Virus record (IMG/VR): IMGVR_UViG_3300020044_002638
Span: 1 to 36,074 of that record
Source: a virus
Lineage: Duplodnaviria; Caudoviricetes
Strand: one strand, 5' to 3'
Length of the DNA stretch: 36,074 nucleotides
The translations under genes were made by a program, and so were the position numbers. Positions 27,332 through 35,146 of the stretch are shown one piece after another (position 1 is the first letter of the stretch; every line of letters starts with the position of its first letter). The notes below the pieces were generated by a model, which made no database searches, had not been told where the DNA came from, and saw only the letters and a list, made by a program, of their open reading frames with translations.

Positions 27332-27677
27332 TCTGGCCTCCAAAATCTTTAAAAAACAACTGGCTTTTTGATGCCGTCTTTGAATACGGGTCTTGCTGTG
27401 GCGATGGGTAGCTGCTCGCGGCCACGATAGACGCGCCCATGGCGATACATTTTTCTAGCAACTGATCGGCTCTCGCTTCGCTGTTGCTTTCAATGAAAAC
27501 AACCATGCCGATCACAAAGCGCAAATCAAGGTCAACTACCGCCTCACCGTGAACACATACCCTTGGCAAGTCGCCGTATTTTGTCCAGTCGGTGTCGAAC
27601 GGATAATCGTAGATTGCCACACTTGCTGGCTTCTTGCTTGCCATCCTCATTTTGATGAGGTCGATGTGTCCCTTCAT
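27300..27677 (-). CDS. Hypothetical protein between initiator and helicase
   Basis: LDLRFVIGMVV motif; ATGA-coupled to initiator. Confidence 0.7.
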   Translation of the reverse strand: MKGHIDLIKMRMASKKPASVAIYDYPFDTDWTKYGDLPRVCVHGEAVVDLDLRFVIGMVVFIESNSEARADQLLEKCIAMGASIVAASSYPSPQQDPYSKTASKSQLFFKDFGGQIDNNHHVRFD

Positions 27678-28351
27678 ATTCCACCTGTCAGCAAGGATGG
27701 CTGAGGCGTTGCCTGAACCTTGGCATTTCGACACCAGTTGCGCCAAGTGGCCTCCCAATCCAGCTTGGCGGCGTTTCGCCCACTTGTCGCCACCCAGTAG
27801 TCTCGAAACTTCTCGGCCTCAAGTCTGACCGTTGCTGTCTCCCAGCCCATTGTCTCCAGCGTCCACTCTCCCCATGCTTTTGGCAGTTGCCAATCAGGCG
27901 AAAGCCTTTTTCCTTTGGCCTTGCCGACAGGCGGGGCGTCAACAACTGGTGTTGGTGTTGGTGTTGGTGTTGGTGTTGGTGTTGGTAGCTCAACATTCGT
28001 TGAGCGGACGTTGAACGACCGTTCAGCGTTCGCTTTGCGTGCGTTCACAGATGCTTGAGCGGACGCTTTAGCCTTAGCCTGTTTGTCCTGCATTTTCTCA
28101 ATTTCTTGATCGCATCGAGTGTGCCTCCAGCCATCTTCGCAAAGCTGAAAAAACTCATTCAAGACATCGCGCACAGTGGCCGCATGGTCGCGCATTCTAA
28201 TGATTCTGGCGACTTCACTGGCATCTTTTGGAAGCGGGCCTTCACGCAGGTAGTAGGCATCCAGGCATCGGCGGTAGGCCAAATCCTCAAGCAAGTCGAG
28301 ATGACCGGTATGAGCGGAATAGTCGCCCAAATGAAATGGAAAGTAATTCAC
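27674..28351 (-). CDS. Replication initiator, DUF1376/YdaU family with DnaT-like C-terminus
   Basis: MNYFPFHLGDY, AYRRCLDAYY, RCDQEI; C-terminal FRDYW...KLDWEATWRNWCR. Confidence 0.85.
   Translation of the reverse strand: MNYFPFHLGDYSAHTGHLDLLEDLAYRRCLDAYYLREGPLPKDASEVARIIRMRDHAATVRDVLNEFFQLCEDGWRHTRCDQEIEKMQDKQAKAKASAQASVNARKANAERSFNVRSTNVELPTPTPTPTPTPTPVVDAPPVGKAKGKRLSPDWQLPKAWGEWTLETMGWETATVRLEAEKFRDYWVATSGRNAAKLDWEATWRNWCRNAKVQATPQPSLLTGGI
27947..27986. repeat. (TGGTGT)6+ hexamer repeat encoding a Pro-Thr linker
   Basis: Six perfect copies plus TGGT. Confidence 0.95.
27989..28065. repeat. Seven degenerate 11-bp units, candidate replication-origin iterons
   Basis: CTCAACATTCG TTGAGCGGACG TTGAACGACCG TTCAGCGTTCG CTTTGCGTGCG TTCACAGATGC TTGAGCGGACG. 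Confidence 0.6.
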
Positions 28352-28379
28352 GGGGTGTTACCTTTTTCGCACCTTTGAA

Positions 28380-28446
28380 GAAACGTGGGCAGGGGAAGGT
28401 GTAACCCTTTTCGGTCGGGGGATCAGTCCCGGCCTAGCCTCGTTTC
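28380..28446 (-). ncRNA. C4-antisense-like structured RNA upstream of initiator
   Basis: Closing stem GAAACG/CGTTTC plus GGC/GCC, two inner hairpins joined by GAAAA; TAAAAT -10 just upstream. Confidence 0.6.
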
Positions 28447-28459
28447 AATCTATTTTACA

Positions 28460-30655
28460 TCAAGCGAACAATCCTTGCTGCTCTTTTGATGCGTCCGTGA
28501 TGTTTAAGCAGGCCAGCTCAAAGTATTGCGGCTTAAGCTCAGTGCCAACAAACTTGCGCCCCATCTTGATGGCTGTATAGCCCTCAGATCCAATGCCGGT
28601 GAATGGACTAAAAACCACATCGCCTTTGTTTGTCCAAAGGTGGATGCAGCGCTCAATCACGTCCAGCTGCAAAGGGCACATATGCTTCTCGTCGTTCTCG
28701 TCACGGGCAGGCATTTTGTTCAGCGTGCGGCCTTGGTCGATGTCATCCCAGATCGGGCTGGCATACTTTTGCCACAGGTGGACGGGCAGGTCATCGCCGT
28801 GCGTGACGCGCTCCTTAATCTCTCCAGGCTTGCGCATGGTCACGACGTAATCAGGCAAACCCATGCGGCTCATGGTGCTGTTTTCTCGGATTGTCTTGTG
28901 CAGCAGGCCAAGCGCCTTTGTGCGCTGCATGGCGACAACTGGGTCTTTCCAAATGCAGACCTCTGAGTGATAGATGAATCCAGCATCTTGGAACGCGCGG
29001 ATCAAATCTCCACGGAAATCACGCAGGCCGATAAAGCCCTGGCGCATCTTTGTTGTCGGCAAGTTCATGCAATGGAATGACACATTGCGGCCAGGCTTCA
29101 TAACACGGAAAAGCTCAGAGATCAGGAACTTCAACTGCTCGACAAATTCCTGATCGTTTTTGCAGTTGCCCATGTCGTGATCGCTGTTTGAGTAAACAAA
29201 CAGATCGGCGAATGGCGGCGAGAAAACAGAATAGTCCACGCTGTTGTCTTCCATGCGGCGTGACCATTTGACGCAGTCGCCCAAATGAACCGTAAAGCCA
29301 TCGCCATTGAATGTGTCTTCGCGGTATTCGTCCACGATGTTTTCTTGTCCTGCGAGTTCTTTGTTCATAATGTCTTTCATGTGTTCGATCATGTTTGCGC
29401 TCATCTCGTGATGTTGCACTTCTTTGCGTTTAAGGTTTGCCAGAATCTGGCCTTCGTTTTCTGCGGTGAACATATGCACCTGCACATTGCGCTTTTGTCC
29501 GAATCGGTAGCACCGGCGAACGGCCTGGTAGAACTTTTCAAATGAGTCGTCTAGGCCGACAAATGCCATGCGCGCGCAGTGCTGCCAATTTAGGCCATAC
29601 CCTGCTATTTTTGCCTTGCTAATCATGACTCGAATGTCACCATGCGCAAATGAGAGCAAGTTTTTTGCTTTTGATTCTGGCGAGTCAGACCCCTGAACAT
29701 TCACAGAATCGTCTATCAGCTGCTTGAGCAATTCAGCTTCATCATTCAAGTGACACCAAATAATCCAAGGCTCTGATTTATCGGCATTGACAACATCCGC
29801 CAATGCGCGGCATCGCGCCTCAATGCTATCTCGCTGGGCCTTTCTTCGCTCGGTCATGGTCATGGCTGGGCGCGAGAACAAATCGCCTTCAATGGACTCA
29901 GTCTGAATAACGTGCTCAAAATACTCAAGTGGCGGCAACTCATACCTTGCGCCATCAAATCCCAAATCAGATGGATTGCGCAGCACCACGGCCCATGATC
30001 CCATCCATTCCCAGAACTTTGACGCACCCCATCCCTTGAGTCGCCATGTTCCAGTGTCTCCGGTGTCGTTGACAAAGTAAGTCGCCAGCATCTCGGTGCG
30101 AGTCATGACGCCCAAGAACTCGCATTGGTTGCCAAGCTCCTCAAAATCATTGGGCGATGGCGTGGCAGTGCAACTCAGTCGATACGGAACGCCCTGGGCC
30201 GATGTGATGATGTGCTGGCGCGTTTTGCCATCGTGAGCCTTCAGGATGGATGATTCATCCAGCACCAGGCCATGCAACTCAGTGAAGTCGATGGCATCCA
30301 TGCGCTCGTAGTTTGTGATCCAGACGCCGGGCGAATCAATCACGCCAGAATGAGGCACGCGCTTGACCTCAATGCCAAACGTGGAGCCTTGCTCAATTGT
30401 CTGCTCAGACACGGCAAGCGGGGCCAGCACCAGCACCGATCCACCTGTATGGCTTGCCACCTCATCGGCCCATGAAAGCTGCATCAGCGTCTTGCCAAGT
30501 CCTGTATCGGCGAAAATGGCTGCGCGGCCACGGCGAACGGCCCAGCTAACAATAGCGTGCTGAAAGTCAAACAAATGCTCGTTCAGGTCGCCAGGTTGAT
30601 GGCCTGTCGCCACTTCTTTTCGGCGCTTGGCCGCTACAAAATCCTCATATTCCAC
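28460..30655 (-). CDS. SNF2-like helicase fused to beta-class N6A/N4C DNA methyltransferase
   Basis: FADTGLGKT, LDESS, TATP, QAVRRCYRFGQ; then FSPPF and SPFTGIGSEG; GTG start after GGAGAG. Confidence 0.9.
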   Translation of the reverse strand: MEYEDFVAAKRRKEVATGHQPGDLNEHLFDFQHAIVSWAVRRGRAAIFADTGLGKTLMQLSWADEVASHTGGSVLVLAPLAVSEQTIEQGSTFGIEVKRVPHSGVIDSPGVWITNYERMDAIDFTELHGLVLDESSILKAHDGKTRQHIITSAQGVPYRLSCTATPSPNDFEELGNQCEFLGVMTRTEMLATYFVNDTGDTGTWRLKGWGASKFWEWMGSWAVVLRNPSDLGFDGARYELPPLEYFEHVIQTESIEGDLFSRPAMTMTERRKAQRDSIEARCRALADVVNADKSEPWIIWCHLNDEAELLKQLIDDSVNVQGSDSPESKAKNLLSFAHGDIRVMISKAKIAGYGLNWQHCARMAFVGLDDSFEKFYQAVRRCYRFGQKRNVQVHMFTAENEGQILANLKRKEVQHHEMSANMIEHMKDIMNKELAGQENIVDEYREDTFNGDGFTVHLGDCVKWSRRMEDNSVDYSVFSPPFADLFVYSNSDHDMGNCKNDQEFVEQLKFLISELFRVMKPGRNVSFHCMNLPTTKMRQGFIGLRDFRGDLIRAFQDAGFIYHSEVCIWKDPVVAMQRTKALGLLHKTIRENSTMSRMGLPDYVVTMRKPGEIKERVTHGDDLPVHLWQKYASPIWDDIDQGRTLNKMPARDENDEKHMCPLQLDVIERCIHLWTNKGDVVFSPFTGIGSEGYTAIKMGRKFVGTELKPQYFELACLNITDASKEQQGLFA

Positions 30656-30667
30656 TTCTGACTCTCC

Positions 30668-30771
30668 AAAAAGAAAACCCATGAAAGCCGATGGGACTAG
30701 CATCGAACATTCATGGGTCAGCCAATGAAGGCTTAGATGTATCTGCACCTAGTCCGTGCAACATCTAAGCC
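30668..30771 (-). ncRNA. Two-hairpin RNA with complementary loops; second hairpin terminator-like
   Basis: Loops GGACTAG and CTAGTCC on two long stems; U-rich tract after hairpin 2. Confidence 0.75.
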
Positions 30772-30785
30772 ATCAAGTTGATATC

Positions 30786-31142
30786 TTACCCGATCAAAAA
30801 CATCGGTTCAAGATTTATTTTTACCATCCCCCCAACATCGCCAGCAAATGAAAAGCTCATTGTCCACTTGCTGTCGTCAACGCCGCTGATCTCGGCCACA
30901 GCGTCGATGGCTTGCTTGATCCTAGCGATGCAGTTGTCCAGGTCAATCCTGCGCTTTGATGGCGGGTAAAACGTGATTGTGGCGTGCAGGCGTGGCGCGT
31001 CAATGCGAGTTAGGCCTTGCTGCTTTGCGGTGATGTAGCAGGCTTGGCGGTAGGCTTTGGCTGCACGGGCTTTGATTGCCCAGTGCCCGCGGGCGTTGGG
31101 GCTTAGGTCTGGCGATGGCCAAGGCAAAGTGAGTTCAATCAT
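30786..31142 (-). CDS. RusA-like Holliday junction resolvase
   Basis: LTLPWP..LSPN, PPSKRRIDLDN, K.AIDAV...GVDD motifs. Confidence 0.8.
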   Translation of the reverse strand: MIELTLPWPSPDLSPNARGHWAIKARAAKAYRQACYITAKQQGLTRIDAPRLHATITFYPPSKRRIDLDNCIARIKQAIDAVAEISGVDDSKWTMSFSFAGDVGGMVKINLEPMFLIG

Positions 31143-31341
31143 TGGATTCCTTTTGATCGGCGAACAGATCGCCCTGGCCGTCGCTTTCAGCTTTGATCGG
31201 CTTGATAAATTTCAGCCGACTATTGCGCCAAGACTTTGACAGCAGTCCAGCCTTGGCTGCGCACCTCGGGCCGATAGCTTCGCGGCCAATCATGACGAAT
31301 GGCTTTGTAGGTCGGCCACAAAGTGCGCAGATGGGCTTCAT
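31135..31341 (-). CDS. Small Zn-ribbon-like protein
   Basis: CALCGRP...IGPRCA; QGDLF near C-terminus. Confidence 0.65.
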   Translation of the reverse strand: MKPICALCGRPTKPFVMIGREAIGPRCAAKAGLLSKSWRNSRLKFIKPIKAESDGQGDLFADQKESND

Positions 31342-31802
31342 ATAATTCGCCTTGCGCCACCAGAACGGATAACAGTCTTGACGTAATCGACTGCCTTTTC
31401 AAGCTGCGCGACGTTGATGATCTCAAGCTGTGCGTCGTGGATTTCCATCGCAAGATTGAGCGCTTTTAGTTCTTCTGCTTTGAAAACAAACCGATCGCCC
31501 TTTTGGACTCCACGGGCGCAAAGCTCCTTCAGTGCATCCTGACCTGCTCGGATTTCGGTAGCGTATTCATTGCCAACGCCATCAATCGCCAAAGCCTCTG
31601 CAATGTTCATTGCCGCAATCAAAATGTCCATGTCGCTGCGTGTGGCATGGCCCTGCGCAGTTGATGCCATTGCGCCGTGGTTTTTGATTTTCAGCATTGC
31701 CAAAGAGTCGCCAGTTTGCGTGAGTGGCTTGAATCCAGACAAGACGTAATTGACGACATCGGCTCTGACTTGCCTTGGCCGGTATGAGCTGCGCTTTCTC
31801 AT
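31338..31802 (-). CDS. Conserved-looking hypothetical protein
   Basis: MRKRSSYRPR N-terminus, helical; coupled to neighbours. Confidence 0.75.
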   Translation of the reverse strand: MRKRSSYRPRQVRADVVNYVLSGFKPLTQTGDSLAMLKIKNHGAMASTAQGHATRSDMDILIAAMNIAEALAIDGVGNEYATEIRAGQDALKELCARGVQKGDRFVFKAEELKALNLAMEIHDAQLEIINVAQLEKAVDYVKTVIRSGGARRII

Positions 31803-32320
31803 AAGCCCGCCCATGGGTTGTTCTTGTATTGCTTATAGCCCCTTCCGCTTCTGATTCGGTTGACCACATCAAAGTTGATGCCAAGCTCCCTGGCAATGCC
31901 TCGATGCGTGCCTTCCATGTTCCTGATTTTTTCAATCAACTCAAGCGGATGCGGTGATCGTTCGCGTGCGGCCATTGCCAGCTTTTGATTGCGCACAGGG
32001 TTTTTGTGGTACTGGGTGCGCTTTGCCGCATCTTTTGTCAGCGTCTTGCGGTTCTTCATGGCGACATGACTTGGCTCAACACAAAGCGGATTGCCGCATG
32101 ATGTGCTGGCGAGCAAGCCATCGGTTTTCAGATTCAGCACGTTGGCCGCAATCCACCGGCGAACAGGCATCAACTTTTTGTTGTCGTTGATGTAAGGCAC
32201 GCCGGAAACTTTGCTGGTTCCTTTTGCGCCATCCCAGATCAGGCAGTCGCCGTCTTCATGGCTTTTTGATCGGATGAACTCCATGGTGATTGGCTCACCG
32301 GGTTTTCGTCTGACTTTCAT
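31799..32320 (-). CDS. Degenerate HNH-like Zn domain plus C-terminal HTH
   Basis: DCLIWDGA, SCGNPLCVEPSH, HRGIARELGINFDVVNRIR. Confidence 0.7.
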   Translation of the reverse strand: MKVRRKPGEPITMEFIRSKSHEDGDCLIWDGAKGTSKVSGVPYINDNKKLMPVRRWIAANVLNLKTDGLLASTSCGNPLCVEPSHVAMKNRKTLTKDAAKRTQYHKNPVRNQKLAMAARERSPHPLELIEKIRNMEGTHRGIARELGINFDVVNRIRSGRGYKQYKNNPWAGL

Positions 32321-32359
32321 TGATTTGTTGATTGTTGTTGATGGGAATTTTATTGTATA

Positions 32360-32683
32360 TCAATTTTCAGGAATTGGCACATCATCAGGCCACAATCCTA
32401 AGCCGGCCAGCTTTTTCACGGTCTTTTTGTGTGCGGCACTCCACATCTCTAGGCGCTCGGCTTTGCTCATGGATGCGCCTTGGTCAAGCGCGTGGTGGCA
32501 TCGAAAACAGAGCGAGGCGATCAGGTTGTCGCTGGCCTTGATTCCTCGGCCCTTGCCGCCGCCGTGGTTTGTATGAGCCGCCACCACAGTCCCGTCATCA
32601 GCGCCGCAATGCTGGCATGGAATCTCGCGGGCGTTGCGCAGCAGGGTCTTACTGCGGACGTAATCGTGTTTTGGAAATCTCAT
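32360..32683 (-). CDS. DUF968/DUF1364-like His-Cys nuclease-fold protein
   Basis: PCQHCG, VVAAH, GRGIKASD, LCFRCH motifs. Confidence 0.75.
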   Translation of the reverse strand: MRFPKHDYVRSKTLLRNAREIPCQHCGADDGTVVAAHTNHGGGKGRGIKASDNLIASLCFRCHHALDQGASMSKAERLEMWSAAHKKTVKKLAGLGLWPDDVPIPEN

Positions 32684-33204
32684 GCCATTGACAAGATTTG
32701 ATCGACCACCGCATCAAGCTGGGCGCGGTCTTCGTATGTCGTCAGCACTCGCTGAAGCAGGACGTTGACCACGGCAGAATAAAGCGCCTCAAACTCTGGT
32801 TCTTCCATGCTGCCAAATGCGATGGACTTGGCCTTGAGCGACATTGCGCCATCGAGAGTGAATGTCTGCTCATAGAAGCCAGCCAAGATCGTCACGTCAC
32901 TGCGGAATTGGTCGAAGTCCTTGGCAATCTCCATGCCTTTGAATTTGGTGGCCGGTTGCCATGCCTCAAAACCAAGATTCAGCAAGGCAAAGAACTTTCG
33001 ATGAAAACGAAGGTTTCTCGGGAACGATGCCTCTAGGTTGACGATCTGGCCTGGCTCGGACTTGATAAGCCGTGACCACAGCTTCTTCCATGCGGCGGTG
33101 TCTTCTTCGGTGCGGCCTTCAAAGCATTTGAAAAGAAGGGCGCGTGCGCCCTCTAGTTCTGCTGGGATGGCCTGGCCGGTGCGTTGGATGGTGAATTTAG
33201 CCAT
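32680..33204 (-). CDS. DUF1367 family (NinB-like) protein
   Basis: RNLRFHRKFFALL, DFDQFR, KSIAFGSM...FEALYS motifs. Confidence 0.85.
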   Translation of the reverse strand: MAKFTIQRTGQAIPAELEGARALLFKCFEGRTEEDTAAWKKLWSRLIKSEPGQIVNLEASFPRNLRFHRKFFALLNLGFEAWQPATKFKGMEIAKDFDQFRSDVTILAGFYEQTFTLDGAMSLKAKSIAFGSMEEPEFEALYSAVVNVLLQRVLTTYEDRAQLDAVVDQILSMA

Positions 33205-33553
33205 TCAATTTGTTTTTGAGCTCGTAGCCCATCAGAGGCCAGATTTTTTGCACTGCATTGGCGCGGGCGACTTGGCGACCGATCTCAGCGTCAAAGTTCT
33301 CTGGGCTGGCGCAGGCCGACTCTCCGGTGACCGTGAAGCCGTTGCGCAGCGTCAACACGCAAAACGTCAGCAATGTGTGCTCAGTGTTGATCGTCTTGGA
33401 GTGGTCGCCAGTCATAGCAGCGTGCCCAGCAATTCCTTCTGCGGCTGTGAATAAGACTTCCTTCACGATGTTTGCCTTGATGTCTTCAGGCGTGACGCGG
33501 GGGGCTGTCTTGCCCTTGGCGATGATTTCCTGTTCGATGGTTTGATCGTTCAT
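33197..33553 (-). CDS. Phage Gp49/Gp66 family protein
   Basis: TAPRVTP, LTFCVLTLRNGFTVTGESACASPENFDAEIG, IWPLMGY. Confidence 0.9.
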   Translation of the reverse strand: MNDQTIEQEIIAKGKTAPRVTPEDIKANIVKEVLFTAAEGIAGHAAMTGDHSKTINTEHTLLTFCVLTLRNGFTVTGESACASPENFDAEIGRQVARANAVQKIWPLMGYELKNKLNG

Positions 33554-33568
33554 GATTTCTCCTTTGTT

Positions 33569-33698
33569 AAAAAAATGGCGGGCCTACTCACTGCGTCTGT
33601 GTTTGTTTGCCAGTCTTATCGTCCAAGTGCGCTTGTGGCTGGCTGAACGGCACACCCTTCAATAGGGAATTCAAAACACAGCATCCGCTTTCGGCCCG
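33569..33698 (-). ncRNA. Structured RNA between ssb and gp49
   Basis: CGGGCC/GGCCCG closing stem, GAAA/AGTA internal loop, CTGTGTTT/AAACACAG stem, inner hairpins, U7 tail. Confidence 0.65.
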
Positions 33699-33704
33699 TA
33701 ATCG

Positions 33705-34121
33705 TCAAAATGGGACGTCGTCGTCCATGTCATTAAAGCCACTTGATGCGGGCGCTTGCTTTGCCGCTGGTCGCTCTTGGCGCTGGGCGGGTTGGCCTTG
33801 CTCACGTTGGCCTGCGATCAATTCAATCTCCAGCACGGTCGCGGCCAGCTTGTGGCCTTGGCCGTTTTTGCCTTCGTAGGTTTGAATGTGCGGGTCACTC
33901 AGGACGGCGTAAATCTGCGAGCCTTTGAGCAAGTAAGGCGCAAGAGATTCTGCACGCTTGCCCCAAATGGATGCGTCAATCCATTGCGATGGTCGTTTGT
34001 CGTCGTCGCCTTTTTTGCCGTAGTTGTAGGCCAGCGACAGTTGGGCGACAGCATCGCCGCGAGGCGTGTGACGGACTTCAGCGTCCCGGCCAATGCGAAA
34101 AACTCCAGTGATTTGAGCCAT
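33705..34121 (-). CDS. ssb: Single-stranded DNA-binding protein
   Basis: OB fold RIGRDAEVR, YLLKG; acidic tail DMDDDVPF. Confidence 0.95.
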   Translation of the reverse strand: MAQITGVFRIGRDAEVRHTPRGDAVAQLSLAYNYGKKGDDDKRPSQWIDASIWGKRAESLAPYLLKGSQIYAVLSDPHIQTYEGKNGQGHKLAATVLEIELIAGQREQGQPAQRQERPAAKQAPASSGFNDMDDDVPF

Positions 34122-34131
34122 GATCTTCCTT

Positions 34132-34479
34132 TCAGTATGAACTCAGCGCATCGTGCGCCGTTTGAATTGACTTGGCGGCTTTCGCCAGGTCTTGCTTGAC
34201 CTCGACAGCGATGGCTTTGGCCTTGATGGTCTTTTGTTGGATGGCCCCCAGCATTGACGCTTTTTCAACGCCATCATCGGTTTCTGCGTCAACGTGGATG
34301 CCGCAAATGTAGCGGGCCACCACTAGGATGCGCACAGGCTTTGGAATGGCCGTGTCGTTCTCGTAGCCTGATGCGGCAGCTTGCTTGACGCCTATTGGCC
34401 CCCAAAACTCAGCCTGCCCAAGACCCAACGTCTTGCGCAGCATCTTGACTGACTCGTTTGTGATTTCTTGCTCTTTCAT
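34132..34479 (-). CDS. XRE/Cro-like HTH transcriptional regulator
   Basis: LRKTLGLGQAEFWGPIGVKQAAASGYEN; GAGG RBS; first gene at the divergence point. Confidence 0.85.
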   Translation of the reverse strand: MKEQEITNESVKMLRKTLGLGQAEFWGPIGVKQAAASGYENDTAIPKPVRILVVARYICGIHVDAETDDGVEKASMLGAIQQKTIKAKAIAVEVKQDLAKAAKSIQTAHDALSSY

Positions 34480-34533
34480 ATCGTCCTCGGTTGTTCGATG
34501 GCGCATTGTAGCGTGATTTTTTGTTATCCATCG

Positions 34534-34573
34534 AAAATTATTTTTAGACAATCGCTCAAAATTACATTACAAT
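34534..34573 (+). promoter_or_regulatory. Early sigma70-like promoter (rightward)
   Basis: AT-rich UP element, TAGACA-17 nt-TACAAT; an opposite-strand TACAAT at 34505-34510 may serve the HTH gene. Confidence 0.75.
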
Positions 34574-34615
34574 AATTTCCGTGGCACAGTCGCCATGCAA
34601 ACCGAAAGTTAGACC

Positions 34616-35146
34616 ATGCAAAAAATCGCATCGGCGCTTGTCAAAGCTCAGAAGGCTTTTGGCCCGGCGCTCAAGTCTTCAACCAACCCTCACTTCAAAA
34701 GCCGCTATGCCGATCTTTCGGCGTGCGTTGAGGCTGTCGTGGACTCTCTCAATGAACACGGCATCATGCTCATGCAGCCTACCCATGAATGTGAGCACGG
34801 CGTGACAGTTGAAACGCTATTCATCCACGAATCTGGCGAGACATTCAGCGCCGGTCGTTTGCACGTTCCAGCGGCCAAGCAAGACCCACAGGGATACGGC
34901 TCGGCGTTGACCTATGCCCGCCGATACTCGCTCATGTCTGCCTGCGGTATCGCTCCAGAGGACGATGATGGCAATGCGGCCAGCAAAAAAGCGCCGCCAA
35001 AAAAGGAATCTCTGACAAACGCTCGATTTGCTCAGGCCGTGGAGCGCATCAAGGCGGGCCAATACACCACTGAAAAACTGCGCGATACATTCGCACTCAC
35101 GGCAGAGCAAGAGTCTGCACTGGTGGAGGCGATCGCAAATGCTTGA
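34616..35146 (+). CDS. erf: ERF-family single-strand annealing protein
   Basis: NPHFKSRYADL, HESGE, QGYGSALTYARRYSL, EDDDGN motifs. Confidence 0.93.
   Translation: MQKIASALVKAQKAFGPALKSSTNPHFKSRYADLSACVEAVVDSLNEHGIMLMQPTHECEHGVTVETLFIHESGETFSAGRLHVPAAKQDPQGYGSALTYARRYSLMSACGIAPEDDDGNAASKKAPPKKESLTNARFAQAVERIKAGQYTTEKLRDTFALTAEQESALVEAIANA

Noticed and set aside
28380-28446. tRNA gene
   Set aside because: Only two inner arms, no TTC T-loop, no canonical anticodon arm or CCA end
28460-30655. Complete restriction-modification or DISARM/BREX defence system
   Set aside because: No restriction nuclease or partner genes nearby; context is a phage replication region
30656-30748. N-terminal extension of the helicase-MTase in the ORF track
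   Set aside because: Overlaps the hairpin RNA; GTG 30655 has a proper GGAGAG RBS
33569-33698. Hammerhead ribozyme
   Set aside because: GAAA is present but the CUGANGA core is not found in the required position
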